Below are positions 27,528-37,075 of a stretch of 64,000 nt of DNA, piece after piece. The notes under the pieces are model-generated. The model saw nothing but the letters and a program-made list of their open reading frames with translations, made no database searches and was not told the origin of the DNA. The first letter of the stretch is position 1; each line of letters opens with the position of its first letter. The stretch lies in contig JAKSNY010000007.1 in assembly GCA_024399495.1 (NCBI GenBank), positions 40,516 to 104,515 on the forward strand, read 5' to 3'. A program made the position numbers and the translations under genes. Source of the stretch: Paludibacteraceae bacterium. GTDB lineage: Bacteria; Bacteroidota; Bacteroidia; Bacteroidales; Paludibacteraceae.

Positions 27528-28784
27528 TCACTTGCGTTTATAGGCGGGAGTATCCAAATCGTCAAAAGAATCGTTTATTCCAGACCAATCTCCAAAAGAT
27601 ATAGTCTCAATATTTTCTGATACAGTCTCTTCTTTAGTCTCTTTTGGCGATTCTTCTATAACTTCTTCTATGATTTCTTCTTTGACTTCTTCTGTTGTTT
27701 CTGATTCAGGAGTCTCGGCAGGTGTGGTTTCAGCGTTATTCTCTATGGGGTTTTCTTTGCCCTTATATCCATAATACTCTGTCCTCAGCACACCTGTGTC
27801 GGATAGGTCTGTAACTTCGTTTAAGTTAAAACCTGTGGCTATAATAGTTATTTTTACAGACTTCTCAAGGTCATCCATATACGTACCTCCCCATATAACC
27901 TCTTCTTCTCTATCGTGGTCTATAGACTCAATAAAGTGAGATATTTCTCCCAATTCTTTCATTGTAAGTTTATGCTCTTTTGATGTGTAAACGTACATAA
28001 GAATTCTGGTAGCCTGTTTAATGTTGTTGTTTTTAAGCAGAGGAGTTGACAGAGCGTCTTGAAGTGCGTCTTGTATCCTGTTCTCACCATCGGCAATACC
28101 ACTGTTCATTATTGCAACACCGCTGTTTTTGAGAATAGAGTTTACATCGGCAAAGTCTATGTTAATTATCTCTCCTCTCAATGTAATCATCTCTGCTATT
28201 CCTTTTGCCGCTTCTGATAAGACCTCATTTGCTTTACAAAAAGCGGCGTCCAGTGTCATCTCTTGATAATCAAATAGTTTTTCGTTACTTATTATAAGCA
28301 GGGAATCTACATGTTTGCTCATTTCAGACACACCTTCCATTGCTTTGGTTATTCTATGACCTAATTCCATCTTGAAAGGTATGGTGACAATACCTATAGT
28401 AAGAATATCCATTTCTTTTGCAATTCTGGCAACTACCGGAGCGGCACCTGTGCCTGTACCACCTCCCATGCCGGCAGTTACAAACACCATTTTAGTTCCG
28501 TCATTCAGCAATTCTTTTATGGCTTCCTCACTCTCCATAGCGGCTGCTCTGCCCTGTTCAGGTTTTCCGCCACAACCAAGACCTCCAGTAAGGCTTTCAC
28601 CTAATTGTATCTTTGTAGGTACAGGAGATATGCTTAAATCCTGAATATCTGAATTACATACCGCAAAGGATACATTGTGTATTCCTTCTTTATACATGTG
28701 ATTTACAGCGTTGCTTCCGCCACCGCCTACGCCAACCACTTTTATTACTCTGTTAATCTCTTTTGGAAATGCAAAATCTATCAT
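27528..28784 (-). CDS. ftsZ: Cell division protein FtsZ
   Basis: It carries GVGGGGSNAVN, the tubulin signature GMGGGTGTGAAPV, an acidic linker and the conserved C-terminal peptide DDLDTPAYKRK. Confidence 0.95.
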   Translation of the reverse strand: MIDFAFPKEINRVIKVVGVGGGGSNAVNHMYKEGIHNVSFAVCNSDIQDLSISPVPTKIQLGESLTGGLGCGGKPEQGRAAAMESEEAIKELLNDGTKMVFVTAGMGGGTGTGAAPVVARIAKEMDILTIGIVTIPFKMELGHRITKAMEGVSEMSKHVDSLLIISNEKLFDYQEMTLDAAFCKANEVLSEAAKGIAEMITLRGEIINIDFADVNSILKNSGVAIMNSGIADGENRIQDALQDALSTPLLKNNNIKQATRILMYVYTSKEHKLTMKELGEISHFIESIDHDREEEVIWGGTYMDDLEKSVKITIIATGFNLNEVTDLSDTGVLRTEYYGYKGKENPIENNAETTPAETPESETTEEVKEEIIEEVIEESPKETKEETVSENIETISFGDWSGINDSFDDLDTPAYKRK

Positions 28785-28789
28785 ATCGT

Positions 28790-29806
28790 TTATTTTTTGG
28801 TTTCAAATTCTTCTTCATCTTTTATGTCAAAAAGTTTGCCTGTAGTGTCAGTGCCTTTTTTTATAAATTTGTTAAAGGCTTGTCTTAATTTTGAGTCCGT
28901 CTTTTCTACAGGTATGTTGCATGGTGAGTTTGCAAACTCTATTAGTGATACTAATGCTGCATACTGTGGCCCGTTAAACGACGTTTCCTCTACCTTTACA
29001 ATTCTTGTATTAAGACCCGTATGGTTATGTATGTATTTCTCCATCTGTTGCAACATAGAGCCACCGCCTGTAATTATTATGGTGTGCTCTAAGTTTGAAT
29101 TCCAATGGTTCTTTTGTATCGGTTCCAGAATATATTTAAAAAGGTCATCTACCCTTGAGGATATTATTTCAGACAATTCGCTTAGTCTTATGGTCTTGTT
29201 TTTGCCTAAGTCTATAAGTTTGTCGGTTTCAGAGGAATGAAACGCCTTGCCTAATTTTATTTTTAGTGTTTCCGCTAAATTAAAGTCGTAATTGAATTTG
29301 TCCTGCAAATCCATAGTTATATGCTTACTTCCTGCAGGAATAACCCGTTCAAATGTGATTTCTCCGTTATCAATAAAGGAGAACCCGATGGATGAATGCC
29401 CGAAATCTATTATAAGGCAGCCTTTGTCACGCTCGTTCTCTGATGCAAATTTGTTTGCAATAATTCCGGTGTTGCTTATAGACGGAAAAATTATGTTTAT
29501 TTTTTTTGACTGAAACTTCTTTTTTATCCATTCCTTCTGCTCAGGGTTGTAGTTGCAACCTTGAAATGTTACATAGCATTGATTTATGTCCTTGATATTA
29601 GTGGCATTCTCTAATTTTTGTATCATTGTTCTGATTTGATATGCCATTTTCTCCTTGTCTGTAATTTTCCCTTTGTAAATGGCATTGCCGTCCGATGGCT
29701 CTTTTTCAATGTAAAGAATATCTGTACCTGAGTCACTTTTTTTGGCAACGGCACCTACATTCTTGTGGCTGCCCAAATCTATTGCCGCTACATAAAAATC
29801 GTTCAT
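28790..29806 (-). CDS. ftsA: Cell division protein FtsA, unusually short (338 aa)
   Basis: It has actin-fold motifs AAIDLGS, LIIDFGHSS and IIITGGGS, and sits between ftsQ and ftsZ. The ATG at 29806 overlaps the ftsQ stop as ATGA. The track start at 29827 would extend into ftsQ. Confidence 0.8.
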   Translation of the reverse strand: MNDFYVAAIDLGSHKNVGAVAKKSDSGTDILYIEKEPSDGNAIYKGKITDKEKMAYQIRTMIQKLENATNIKDINQCYVTFQGCNYNPEQKEWIKKKFQSKKINIIFPSISNTGIIANKFASENERDKGCLIIDFGHSSIGFSFIDNGEITFERVIPAGSKHITMDLQDKFNYDFNLAETLKIKLGKAFHSSETDKLIDLGKNKTIRLSELSEIISSRVDDLFKYILEPIQKNHWNSNLEHTIIITGGGSMLQQMEKYIHNHTGLNTRIVKVEETSFNGPQYAALVSLIEFANSPCNIPVEKTDSKLRQAFNKFIKKGTDTTGKLFDIKDEEEFETKK

Positions 29807-30564
29807 TTTTGTGTTACCTTTCTGCAAAAAATAATGTTATTGTATCTTAAATCCACTTGACTGTATTTACCACTCCATAAATGTGCAGGATATTGGCTGT
29901 ATAATGCCTCCATTTGCTTGAATTTCACGGCATAGTCACTAATATCATTAAGTATAAGTGATTTGGCTCCTATTTTTGTTATTATTTCCACATTGCCGTT
30001 CTTCCGTATGTCTATCTGCCCTATATGGTTTTTCCAAAACTCGTCTTTCTCCAAATTCTCTATAAAGTCATATATTTTTCCCTTTGCATCTTCTTGTGTC
30101 ACATAACCGGTTACTAGTGGAAGCATAGTAGTGAAATTCTTGGATATAGGCATTACACGGCGGTCACTGTCTATATAATAACTGCCTTTTGCCGATATCA
30201 CTCTATATACAGGAATACGTTGTGTCACACTTATTCTGACCACTCCAAAATTATCAAGATAACATTCGGCAGTGCGTATTACATTTATTTTCTGTACGCA
30301 TTTTTCCAGCTTGTCCATATCATTATAATCTACAGACTTGCCTATAGGGTTAAGGTCTTTTGATTTTATGAAAAGGAATACATCACTCTCATCTACAAAG
30401 GAATAGATATCCTTATCTAAAATATTTATCTCTACATCGCGGCATATTACATCCTTATGCCACTTATCAGACATAACAAGAGCAAATACAGAGTAGCCCA
30501 ATAATGCTGTTACTAAAAGCACTATACCTGTAATCTTTAGTATGTAAACTATTTTCTCTTTCAT
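29803..30564 (-). CDS. ftsQ: Cell division protein FtsQ
   Basis: 253 aa with a single N-terminal TM segment followed by a POTRA-like/FtsQ-type domain. It occupies the conserved dcw position. Confidence 0.75.
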   Translation of the reverse strand: MKEKIVYILKITGIVLLVTALLGYSVFALVMSDKWHKDVICRDVEINILDKDIYSFVDESDVFLFIKSKDLNPIGKSVDYNDMDKLEKCVQKINVIRTAECYLDNFGVVRISVTQRIPVYRVISAKGSYYIDSDRRVMPISKNFTTMLPLVTGYVTQEDAKGKIYDFIENLEKDEFWKNHIGQIDIRKNGNVEIITKIGAKSLILNDISDYAVKFKQMEALYSQYPAHLWSGKYSQVDLRYNNIIFCRKVTQK

Positions 30565-30566
30565 AA

Positions 30567-30593
30567 GATCTCTCGCTACGCTCGAGATGACGG
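30567..30593 (+). repeat. 27-nt GC-rich intergenic element, copy 2 (agatCtctcgctacgctcgaGatgacgg)
   Basis: It matches 14267..14293 at 25/27 positions. It fills most of the 38-nt murGC-ftsQ spacer and is antisense to dcw transcription. Confidence 0.8.
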
Positions 30594-30602
30594 TAGTGAA
30601 CC

Positions 30603-33137
30603 TTAATCTGTTGTCAAAGCTTCTGTTATTTTATCTGTATAATCACTTATATTCCCTGCTCCCATTGTCACCAAAATGTCAAAATCGTGTTTTTTGATTT
30701 CTTCCAATATATTCTCTTTGGCACAGAGTGTCTTTTTTTTGTTCTTTAGTTTGTTTAGTATTATCTCTGATGTAACCCCCTTGATAGGCTTCTCTCTGGC
30801 TGGGTAGATTTCTGTAAGTATAATATCGTCAGCATAGTCAAGGCTATTTGCAAACTCTGCGGCAAAATTTTTTGTTCTGCTGTAGAGGTGAGGTTGGAAC
30901 ACCACGCATAGTCTTTTATCGGGGTATAATTCCTTAATTGATGATAGTGCCTCCTTTATCTCATTGGGGTGGTGAGCATAGTCATCTATGTATATTACAT
31001 TATTGTTCTTTACCCTTATATCAAATCTGCGTTTTGTTCCTTTGAATGATTTTACACTGTCTTTTATAAGGCTGTCACTTACATTGTTCAGGTGTGCTAT
31101 AGCCATTGCCGCTACGGCATTCTCTACATTCACCCTGACAGGTACTCCCAACGTTACATCTTTAATGACTATATCGGGTCCGTTAAAATCAAAGGTTATA
31201 TCACCATTCTCCACTTTTATATTAGAGGCGTAGAAGTCTGCTGTACTGTCTTCTAAAGAGTATGTATATATTTTTACACCATCCACAGTGTCAGGCTTAA
31301 GGTCTGTCCCTTTCTTCATTAACAGTGTGCCGTTTGGTTTAATCAGGTGTGTGAACGCTGTAAATGCCTTTAACATCTCTTCTTTGGTTCCGTATATATC
31401 CAAATGGTCAGGGTCTGTTGCTGTGACTACTGCCATATATGGGGTTAATGTAAGGAATGAGCGGTCAAATTCATCTGCCTCTGTCACTACAAGGTCGCTC
31501 TCTGTATTTATAAGCAGGTTGCCGCCAAAATTATTTGATATACCGCCAAGAATTGCGTTTGTTCCTAAATTTGAATTGCTTAATATATAGGCAATCAGCG
31601 TTGACGTGGTGGTTTTTCCGTGAGAACCGGCAACGCATATCGTGTTTTTATCTTTAGTTACAAGACCTAACACTTCCGAACGTTTCAAAACCTTAAAACC
31701 TCCTTGACGGAAGAAGTTAAGTTCACTCATATCACTTGGAATGGCAGGTGTGTAAATTATGGTGGTTTTCTCATTATCCATATATTTTACAGGTATAATA
31801 CTTACATTGTCATCATAGTGAATCTCAATACCCTCTGCCTCAAGTGCCTGTGTAAGCGGTGTTTTTGTCAGGTCGTAACCGCCTACGTTATTTCCGTAGC
31901 TCTTGAAATATCTTGCTAACGCACTCATACCTATACCGCCAATACCTAAAAAGAAATAATTTTTTACTGTTGCATTCTGCTTTTTTGTGTTTTGGGTTTT
32001 AGGTTTCTCAATAGGCATCACTCCTATTATATTCAATATCTCATTTGCTATGCTGGTGGTGGCATTGGGTTTTGCAAGCATTTTTATGTTTTTGCTTAAT
32101 GAGTCCAATGCGGCATTGTCATTAATCATTGAAAGGGCTTCCTTTACCAACTTGTCTGGAGCATCGCCGTCTGTTATTAAAACGGCAGCCCCTTTAGTGG
32201 ATAAGGCAAGCGCATTCTTGGTCTGATGGTCTTCTGCCACATTAGGTGACGGTACCAATATGCAAGGCTTGCCAAGCAGGCTTAACTCTGATATGGAACT
32301 TGCACCGGAACGCGATATGACTAAATCCGCTATTGAGTATGCCAAATCCATTCTTGCCACAAAATCTGTTATTATAACATTGCTCAGGTCATAATCCTTT
32401 GTCTGCTCCTTTATTTTATCAAAATATATTTTACCTGTCTGCCATATTACCTGAACTTTATCTTTATATGTAGTGGTTATCTCTTTAAGCCCGTTAAGCA
32501 TGCTGTTGTTGATGGTTCTGGCACCAAGACTGCCGCCTATGACCAAAATTGTTTTCTTGTCAGGATTAAGATTGAACTCCTTATAGCCCTGAGAACGCTT
32601 GTTTGTTGACTCCAGCAGTTGTGAGCGTACAGGATTCCCTGTAAGTGTTATCTTGTCTGCAGGGAAAAACTTTTCCATACCATCGTAGGCTGTGCATATC
32701 TTATGACATCTTCTGCCTAACAGTTTGTTTGTTACACCTGCGTAAGAGTTCTGCTCCTGTATGATGGTTGGAATGCCCATATTTTGTGCCTGCCATAGTA
32801 CAGGACCGCTGGCGTAACCGCCTACGCCTATTACGGCATCGGGTTTAAAGTCCTTTATTATCTGTTTTGCAAGGCGTATGCTCTTAAAGGCATTACATAA
32901 CACCTTAAAGTTCTTAGGTGTGAAACTGCGGTAAAGACCTTGAATGGGGAGCCCAACAATCTTATAGCCGGCGGCAGGAACTTTCTCCATCTCCATTCTG
33001 CCGTTTGCACCTACAAATAAAATTTCACAATCAGGCAACTGCTCTTTAAGAGCACCTGCTATACTTACGGCTGGAAATATATGACCTCCTGTGCCTCCAC
33101 CACTAATTATAAATCTACATGACTTCTTCATTTTCAA
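30603..33137 (-). CDS. murG/murC: Fused MurG (lipid II glycosyltransferase) - MurC (UDP-MurNAc:L-Ala ligase), single 844-aa frame
   Basis: Residues 1-370 are MurG-like (RFIISGGGTGGHIFPAVSIA ... GASSISEL). A linker follows (MPIEKPKTQNTKKQNATVKN). Residues 395-844 are MurC-like (YFFLGIGGIGMSALARYF, AGSHGKTTTS). There is no stop codon or frame change between the halves. Confidence 0.85.
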   Translation of the reverse strand: MKMKKSCRFIISGGGTGGHIFPAVSIAGALKEQLPDCEILFVGANGRMEMEKVPAAGYKIVGLPIQGLYRSFTPKNFKVLCNAFKSIRLAKQIIKDFKPDAVIGVGGYASGPVLWQAQNMGIPTIIQEQNSYAGVTNKLLGRRCHKICTAYDGMEKFFPADKITLTGNPVRSQLLESTNKRSQGYKEFNLNPDKKTILVIGGSLGARTINNSMLNGLKEITTTYKDKVQVIWQTGKIYFDKIKEQTKDYDLSNVIITDFVARMDLAYSIADLVISRSGASSISELSLLGKPCILVPSPNVAEDHQTKNALALSTKGAAVLITDGDAPDKLVKEALSMINDNAALDSLSKNIKMLAKPNATTSIANEILNIIGVMPIEKPKTQNTKKQNATVKNYFFLGIGGIGMSALARYFKSYGNNVGGYDLTKTPLTQALEAEGIEIHYDDNVSIIPVKYMDNEKTTIIYTPAIPSDMSELNFFRQGGFKVLKRSEVLGLVTKDKNTICVAGSHGKTTTSTLIAYILSNSNLGTNAILGGISNNFGGNLLINTESDLVVTEADEFDRSFLTLTPYMAVVTATDPDHLDIYGTKEEMLKAFTAFTHLIKPNGTLLMKKGTDLKPDTVDGVKIYTYSLEDSTADFYASNIKVENGDITFDFNGPDIVIKDVTLGVPVRVNVENAVAAMAIAHLNNVSDSLIKDSVKSFKGTKRRFDIRVKNNNVIYIDDYAHHPNEIKEALSSIKELYPDKRLCVVFQPHLYSRTKNFAAEFANSLDYADDIILTEIYPAREKPIKGVTSEIILNKLKNKKKTLCAKENILEEIKKHDFDILVTMGAGNISDYTDKITEALTTD

Positions 33138-34371
33138 TATTTTCTGATGTGTTTTGTGTTATGTTTGTTTCTGTTGTTTCGTTCTCTGTCACTTCATTTT
33201 CAGCCATTGTCTCCTGTGTTATTGTGTTAGTGACACTCAATACAACTCCAAGCATAAAACAGGTGGAGAGTATAGAAGTTCCGCCTCTGCTTATCAGTGG
33301 TAACGGCTGACCTGTAACAGGTCCTAATCCCACTGCAACGCACATGCTTATATACGCTTGCATTACTATCATGGTGCAAAATCCTACAGACAGCAGGGCA
33401 GGGTATATTTTCTTACTCTTTTTTAGAATGGAGCCTGCTATGAATAGTATTATCAGGTACAATGTCATAACAAACAACGCTCCGTAAATTCCTGACTCTT
33501 CTATTAGGATTGCAAATATATAGTCTGAAAATGCAAGAGGCAGGTAGTCTCTTTGAATACTGTTTCCAGGCCCTGACGGATTCCGTCCGTTTGCTATCGC
33601 TATTTTGGCATGCATAGGTTGTCTGTTCTCATCTGTAATAGTATATACTTTTCTATTGTCAGGGGTCTGTATGTCTTCAATAACATTCTCAATACGTCCT
33701 TTTATTGATGACATGTGTCCAGGTAAATTCTTGTTAATGCTGTCTGGCAGCAGCAATAGAGTGCCAATAATCACCGCTACGGCAAGCAGTCCGGAAAATA
33801 GTAATATTAGCAGCCTTTTGCGTTCCATTCTGCCTATAAACATCATAATGAATGTAAGCATGCAAATCATAACGGCGGTTGACATATTCTGCATTGCGAT
33901 AGGCAGGCATGTTAGGGCTACAGTTCCTAATATAATCCAAAAATATGTCTTGCCCTCACTTTCATTTTTCTGATAAATGGAGAGTATGTCTGCCAGTAGC
34001 ATTATTATGAGTATCTTGGCAAACTCTTGCGGCTGCACATCAAATCCGGCTATTCTTATGGCTCTTACACCACCGTTCAATTCCACTCCTATAAGTGGCA
34101 TGATAAACAGTATTACAATAACAACAGGTAAGAACACAAGATACAGTTTTCTTAGGTATTTATATGGGAATCGGCTTGTTAGTATAAGTATGACCAAGCC
34201 AAACGCCAGGTGTTTTACATGGCCGTAAAACGGGTCTAGGTAATTGGCTGACTTATGGGCTACAGAACTTATGGCACTGAACATAAGTATGCACGATATG
34301 GAGAATAATATGGCTATTATCACCCATAGTACAGAATTACCTTTGAATATGCCTTTTAAAAGTTCTCTCAT
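33115..34371 (-). CDS. ftsW: SEDS-family peptidoglycan polymerase FtsW
   Basis: 418 aa, polytopic. It has the conserved C-terminal block GPVTGQPLPLISRGGTS followed by an Asn/Glu/Thr-rich tail. It overlaps the murGC start by 23 nt. Confidence 0.85.
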   Translation of the reverse strand: MRELLKGIFKGNSVLWVIIAILFSISCILMFSAISSVAHKSANYLDPFYGHVKHLAFGLVILILTSRFPYKYLRKLYLVFLPVVIVILFIMPLIGVELNGGVRAIRIAGFDVQPQEFAKILIIMLLADILSIYQKNESEGKTYFWIILGTVALTCLPIAMQNMSTAVMICMLTFIMMFIGRMERKRLLILLFSGLLAVAVIIGTLLLLPDSINKNLPGHMSSIKGRIENVIEDIQTPDNRKVYTITDENRQPMHAKIAIANGRNPSGPGNSIQRDYLPLAFSDYIFAILIEESGIYGALFVMTLYLIILFIAGSILKKSKKIYPALLSVGFCTMIVMQAYISMCVAVGLGPVTGQPLPLISRGGTSILSTCFMLGVVLSVTNTITQETMAENEVTENETTETNITQNTSENIENEEVM

Positions 34372-34385
34372 TACTATATCTGTTA

Positions 34386-35726
34386 TTATAAATTTCTGAC
34401 TTTATTTTTGAATTGCTCACCGCGGTCCTCGTAATTCTTGAAAAGGTCAAAACTTGCACAGCATGGTGATAAAAGCACTGTATCGCCTTCTTTTGCAACC
34501 TTGTAGCACTCATTTACGGCAGCGTCCAAAGAGTCAACACTTACGTAGGGCTTTATATCCTTAAAAAAGTCTATAAGCTTTTTATTGTCTTTACCCATAA
34601 ATACAAGAGAACGTACTTTCTCTTTTACAAGTGGCAGTATCTCATTGTAATCGTTCCCTTTGTCTGTACCGCCAAGTATAAGGACTACAGGTGTTGTCAT
34701 GCTTTCAAGTGCATACCAGCATGAGTTGACATTGGTTGCCTTGGAGTCATTTATATACATCACTCCCTTGACTTTTGCCACTGGTTCCAATCTATGCTCT
34801 ACACTCTGGAAATCCATAAGGGCTTCACGTATGGCGTCTTTCTTAATGTATAAGGCATTTGCAGACAATGCGGCGGCCATTGAGTTATATATATTGTGTG
34901 TGCCTTTTAGAGATAGGTCTTTAACACTGATAGAGAAGAAACTACCTTCGTCATCTATGGTGAATATTCCATCTTCAACGTATGCTTTTGCTCCGTTCCC
35001 TTTCTTTAGTGAGAATGGCTTACGCTTTGCACTGCTTACTATTGAACCAAGGTTCTGACGTATAACCTCATCATCGTTCCAGTAGATGAACACATCATCA
35101 CTGGTCTGATTTTGGGTGATACGGAATTTTGCGTCTATATAGTTCTGAAACTTATATTCATAACGGTCCAAATGGTCTGGTGTAATATTAAGGAGAACGG
35201 CGATGTCTGCCTTAAAATCGTACATATTGTCAAGTTGGAAACTGCTAAGTTCTATTACATAATAGTCATAGTCATTCTCCGCCACCTGTAGTGCAAAACT
35301 CTTGCCTACATTACCTGCCAAACCTACGTTTAGACCAGCCTTTTGTAGCATGTGATATGTAAGCATTGTGGTGGTGGTCTTGCCGTTGCTACCTGTTATG
35401 CATACTGTTTTGGCTTTATTGTACCTGCCTGCAAACTCTATCTCTGAAATTATTGGTTTGCCAAGTTCTTTAAGCTTTTGGATAAGAGGTGCTTTGGTAG
35501 GAATGCCAGGGCTTGTGATAATCTCATCAGCATTTAGGATTCGCTCTTCAGAGTGTCCTCCTTCTTCCCACTCAATAGCGTACTTGTCAAGCAGTTCCTT
35601 GTATTCCTGCTTGATTTTACCCGAGTCAGAAAGGAATACGTTGAATCCTTTTACTTTAGCAAGTACGGCTGCTCCTGAGCCGCTCTCGCCACCACCTAAG
35701 ACTACAATGTTATTCATAATTTTCAA
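34386..35726 (-). CDS. murD: UDP-N-acetylmuramoylalanine--D-glutamate ligase
   Basis: 446 aa with an N-terminal Rossmann motif (VLGGGESGSGAA) and P-loop ITGSNGKTTTT. It occupies the dcw position. Confidence 0.9.
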   Translation of the reverse strand: MKIMNNIVVLGGGESGSGAAVLAKVKGFNVFLSDSGKIKQEYKELLDKYAIEWEEGGHSEERILNADEIITSPGIPTKAPLIQKLKELGKPIISEIEFAGRYNKAKTVCITGSNGKTTTTMLTYHMLQKAGLNVGLAGNVGKSFALQVAENDYDYYVIELSSFQLDNMYDFKADIAVLLNITPDHLDRYEYKFQNYIDAKFRITQNQTSDDVFIYWNDDEVIRQNLGSIVSSAKRKPFSLKKGNGAKAYVEDGIFTIDDEGSFFSISVKDLSLKGTHNIYNSMAAALSANALYIKKDAIREALMDFQSVEHRLEPVAKVKGVMYINDSKATNVNSCWYALESMTTPVVLILGGTDKGNDYNEILPLVKEKVRSLVFMGKDNKKLIDFFKDIKPYVSVDSLDAAVNECYKVAKEGDTVLLSPCCASFDLFKNYEDRGEQFKNKVRNL

Positions 35727-35741
35727 TGTTCTTTGTCCCTT

Positions 35742-36989
35742 TTACCTTATTTTTAATGTTATTATCACTGTTAATACCGCCAGGAATATCCCTACAATCC
35801 AGAATCGGGTAACGATTTTGGGCTCGGGAATACCTTTTTTCTGATAATGGTGGTGTAGGGGAGACATAAGTAATATACGCCTGCCTTCACCGTATTTCTT
35901 TTTTGTGTATTTAAAATAGGACACCTGTAGCATAACAGAGAGGTCTTCCACCAAGAATATGCCACAGAGTATGGGTAGTAGCAACTCTTTGTGTATTATT
36001 ATGCTGAATACCGCTATAATACCGCCTATAGAAAGACTGCCTGTATCTCCCATAAACACTTGGGCTGGGAATGAGTTGTACCAAAGGAAACCTACCATCG
36101 CTCCCATAAATGCAGCGGCATATACTACAAGTTCTTCACTGCCAGGAACAAACATAATGTTAAGGTACTGTGCAAACGCTATGTTACTTGATACGTATGC
36201 CATTATGGCAAGTGCCATTCCTATTATTGCAGATGAGCCTGCCGCCAGTCCGTCCAGACCGTCTGTAAGATTGGCTCCGTTTGATGTGGCTGTTATAATA
36301 AAGACTGTTACTATTACAAACAGAATCCATGCCGCCTCTTGCTTATATTTTCCGAAAAACGCCACAATGTCTGCATAGTCAAGGTTGTTACCTTTTACAA
36401 ACGGAATGGTGGTTTTGGTGGATTTTGACATTCCTTCATCGTTCTCGTTCCACAACTTGTATGTCTGTTGCTTTTTTATTGTTGTAACTTGTTCTGTTGT
36501 AAGATCTTTAGGGTTCTCTATTATCACCGCCTCAGGGCTTAGGAATAGTGTGAATCCTACTATAAGTCCAAGACCTATCTGACCTACAATTTTGGCTTTG
36601 CCGGGCATACCCTCCTTGTTCTTCTTGAATACTTTTATATAGTCATCAGCAAAACCTAACGCACCAAGCCATGCGGTGGTTATAAGCATAAGAAGCAGAT
36701 AGATGTTCCTTAATCTTCCAAATAACAAGCAAGGCACTATTATTGATATAAGGATTATTATTCCGCCCATTGTAGGGGTGCCTTTCTTGCTCATTTGCCC
36801 CTCCAGTCCAAGGTCTCTGATACTTTCACCTATCTGCTTCTTTTGCAGGTGTTTAATAATGTGTTTACCTATCACCATGGAGATGATGATAGATGTGATG
36901 AACGTAATAGGCGCTCTGAATGATACGTACGTGAACAATCCCGCACCAGGCAAGTCAATTAATAGGTCTCTGAATAAATAGTAAAACAT
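35742..36989 (-). CDS. mraY: Phospho-N-acetylmuramoyl-pentapeptide transferase
   Basis: 415 aa with the motifs [22 protein letters not shown] and [12 protein letters not shown]. Confidence 0.92.
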   Translation of the reverse strand: MFYYLFRDLLIDLPGAGLFTYVSFRAPITFITSIIISMVIGKHIIKHLQKKQIGESIRDLGLEGQMSKKGTPTMGGIIILISIIVPCLLFGRLRNIYLLLMLITTAWLGALGFADDYIKVFKKNKEGMPGKAKIVGQIGLGLIVGFTLFLSPEAVIIENPKDLTTEQVTTIKKQQTYKLWNENDEGMSKSTKTTIPFVKGNNLDYADIVAFFGKYKQEAAWILFVIVTVFIITATSNGANLTDGLDGLAAGSSAIIGMALAIMAYVSSNIAFAQYLNIMFVPGSEELVVYAAAFMGAMVGFLWYNSFPAQVFMGDTGSLSIGGIIAVFSIIIHKELLLPILCGIFLVEDLSVMLQVSYFKYTKKKYGEGRRILLMSPLHHHYQKKGIPEPKIVTRFWIVGIFLAVLTVIITLKIR

Positions 36990-37000
36990 AATGTATAGGT

Positions 37001-37075
37001 TTAGGAGTTCAGGAGTTTAGGAGTTCAGGAGTCTTTTCACTCCTAAACTTAGTCCCGTAGGGACGATCCAACTCC
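37001..37075. repeat. 8-bp periodic AGGAGT repeat (4 units) plus two hairpins in the murE-mraY spacer
   Basis: ttaggagt tcaggagt ttaggagt tcaggagt spans 37001..37032. Hairpin aggagt-cttttc-actcct spans 37027..37044. Hairpin gtccc-gta-gggac spans 37052..37064. Confidence 0.85.

Noticed and set aside
36990-37075. Apparent absence of murF (and ddl) from the dcw cluster between murE and mraY
   Set aside because: As far as I recall, Bacteroidota dcw clusters normally run murE-mraY-murD-ftsW-murG-murC-ftsQAZ, with murF and ddl located elsewhere. The 86-nt spacer shows no gene remnant, so this is the lineage norm rather than a deletion.
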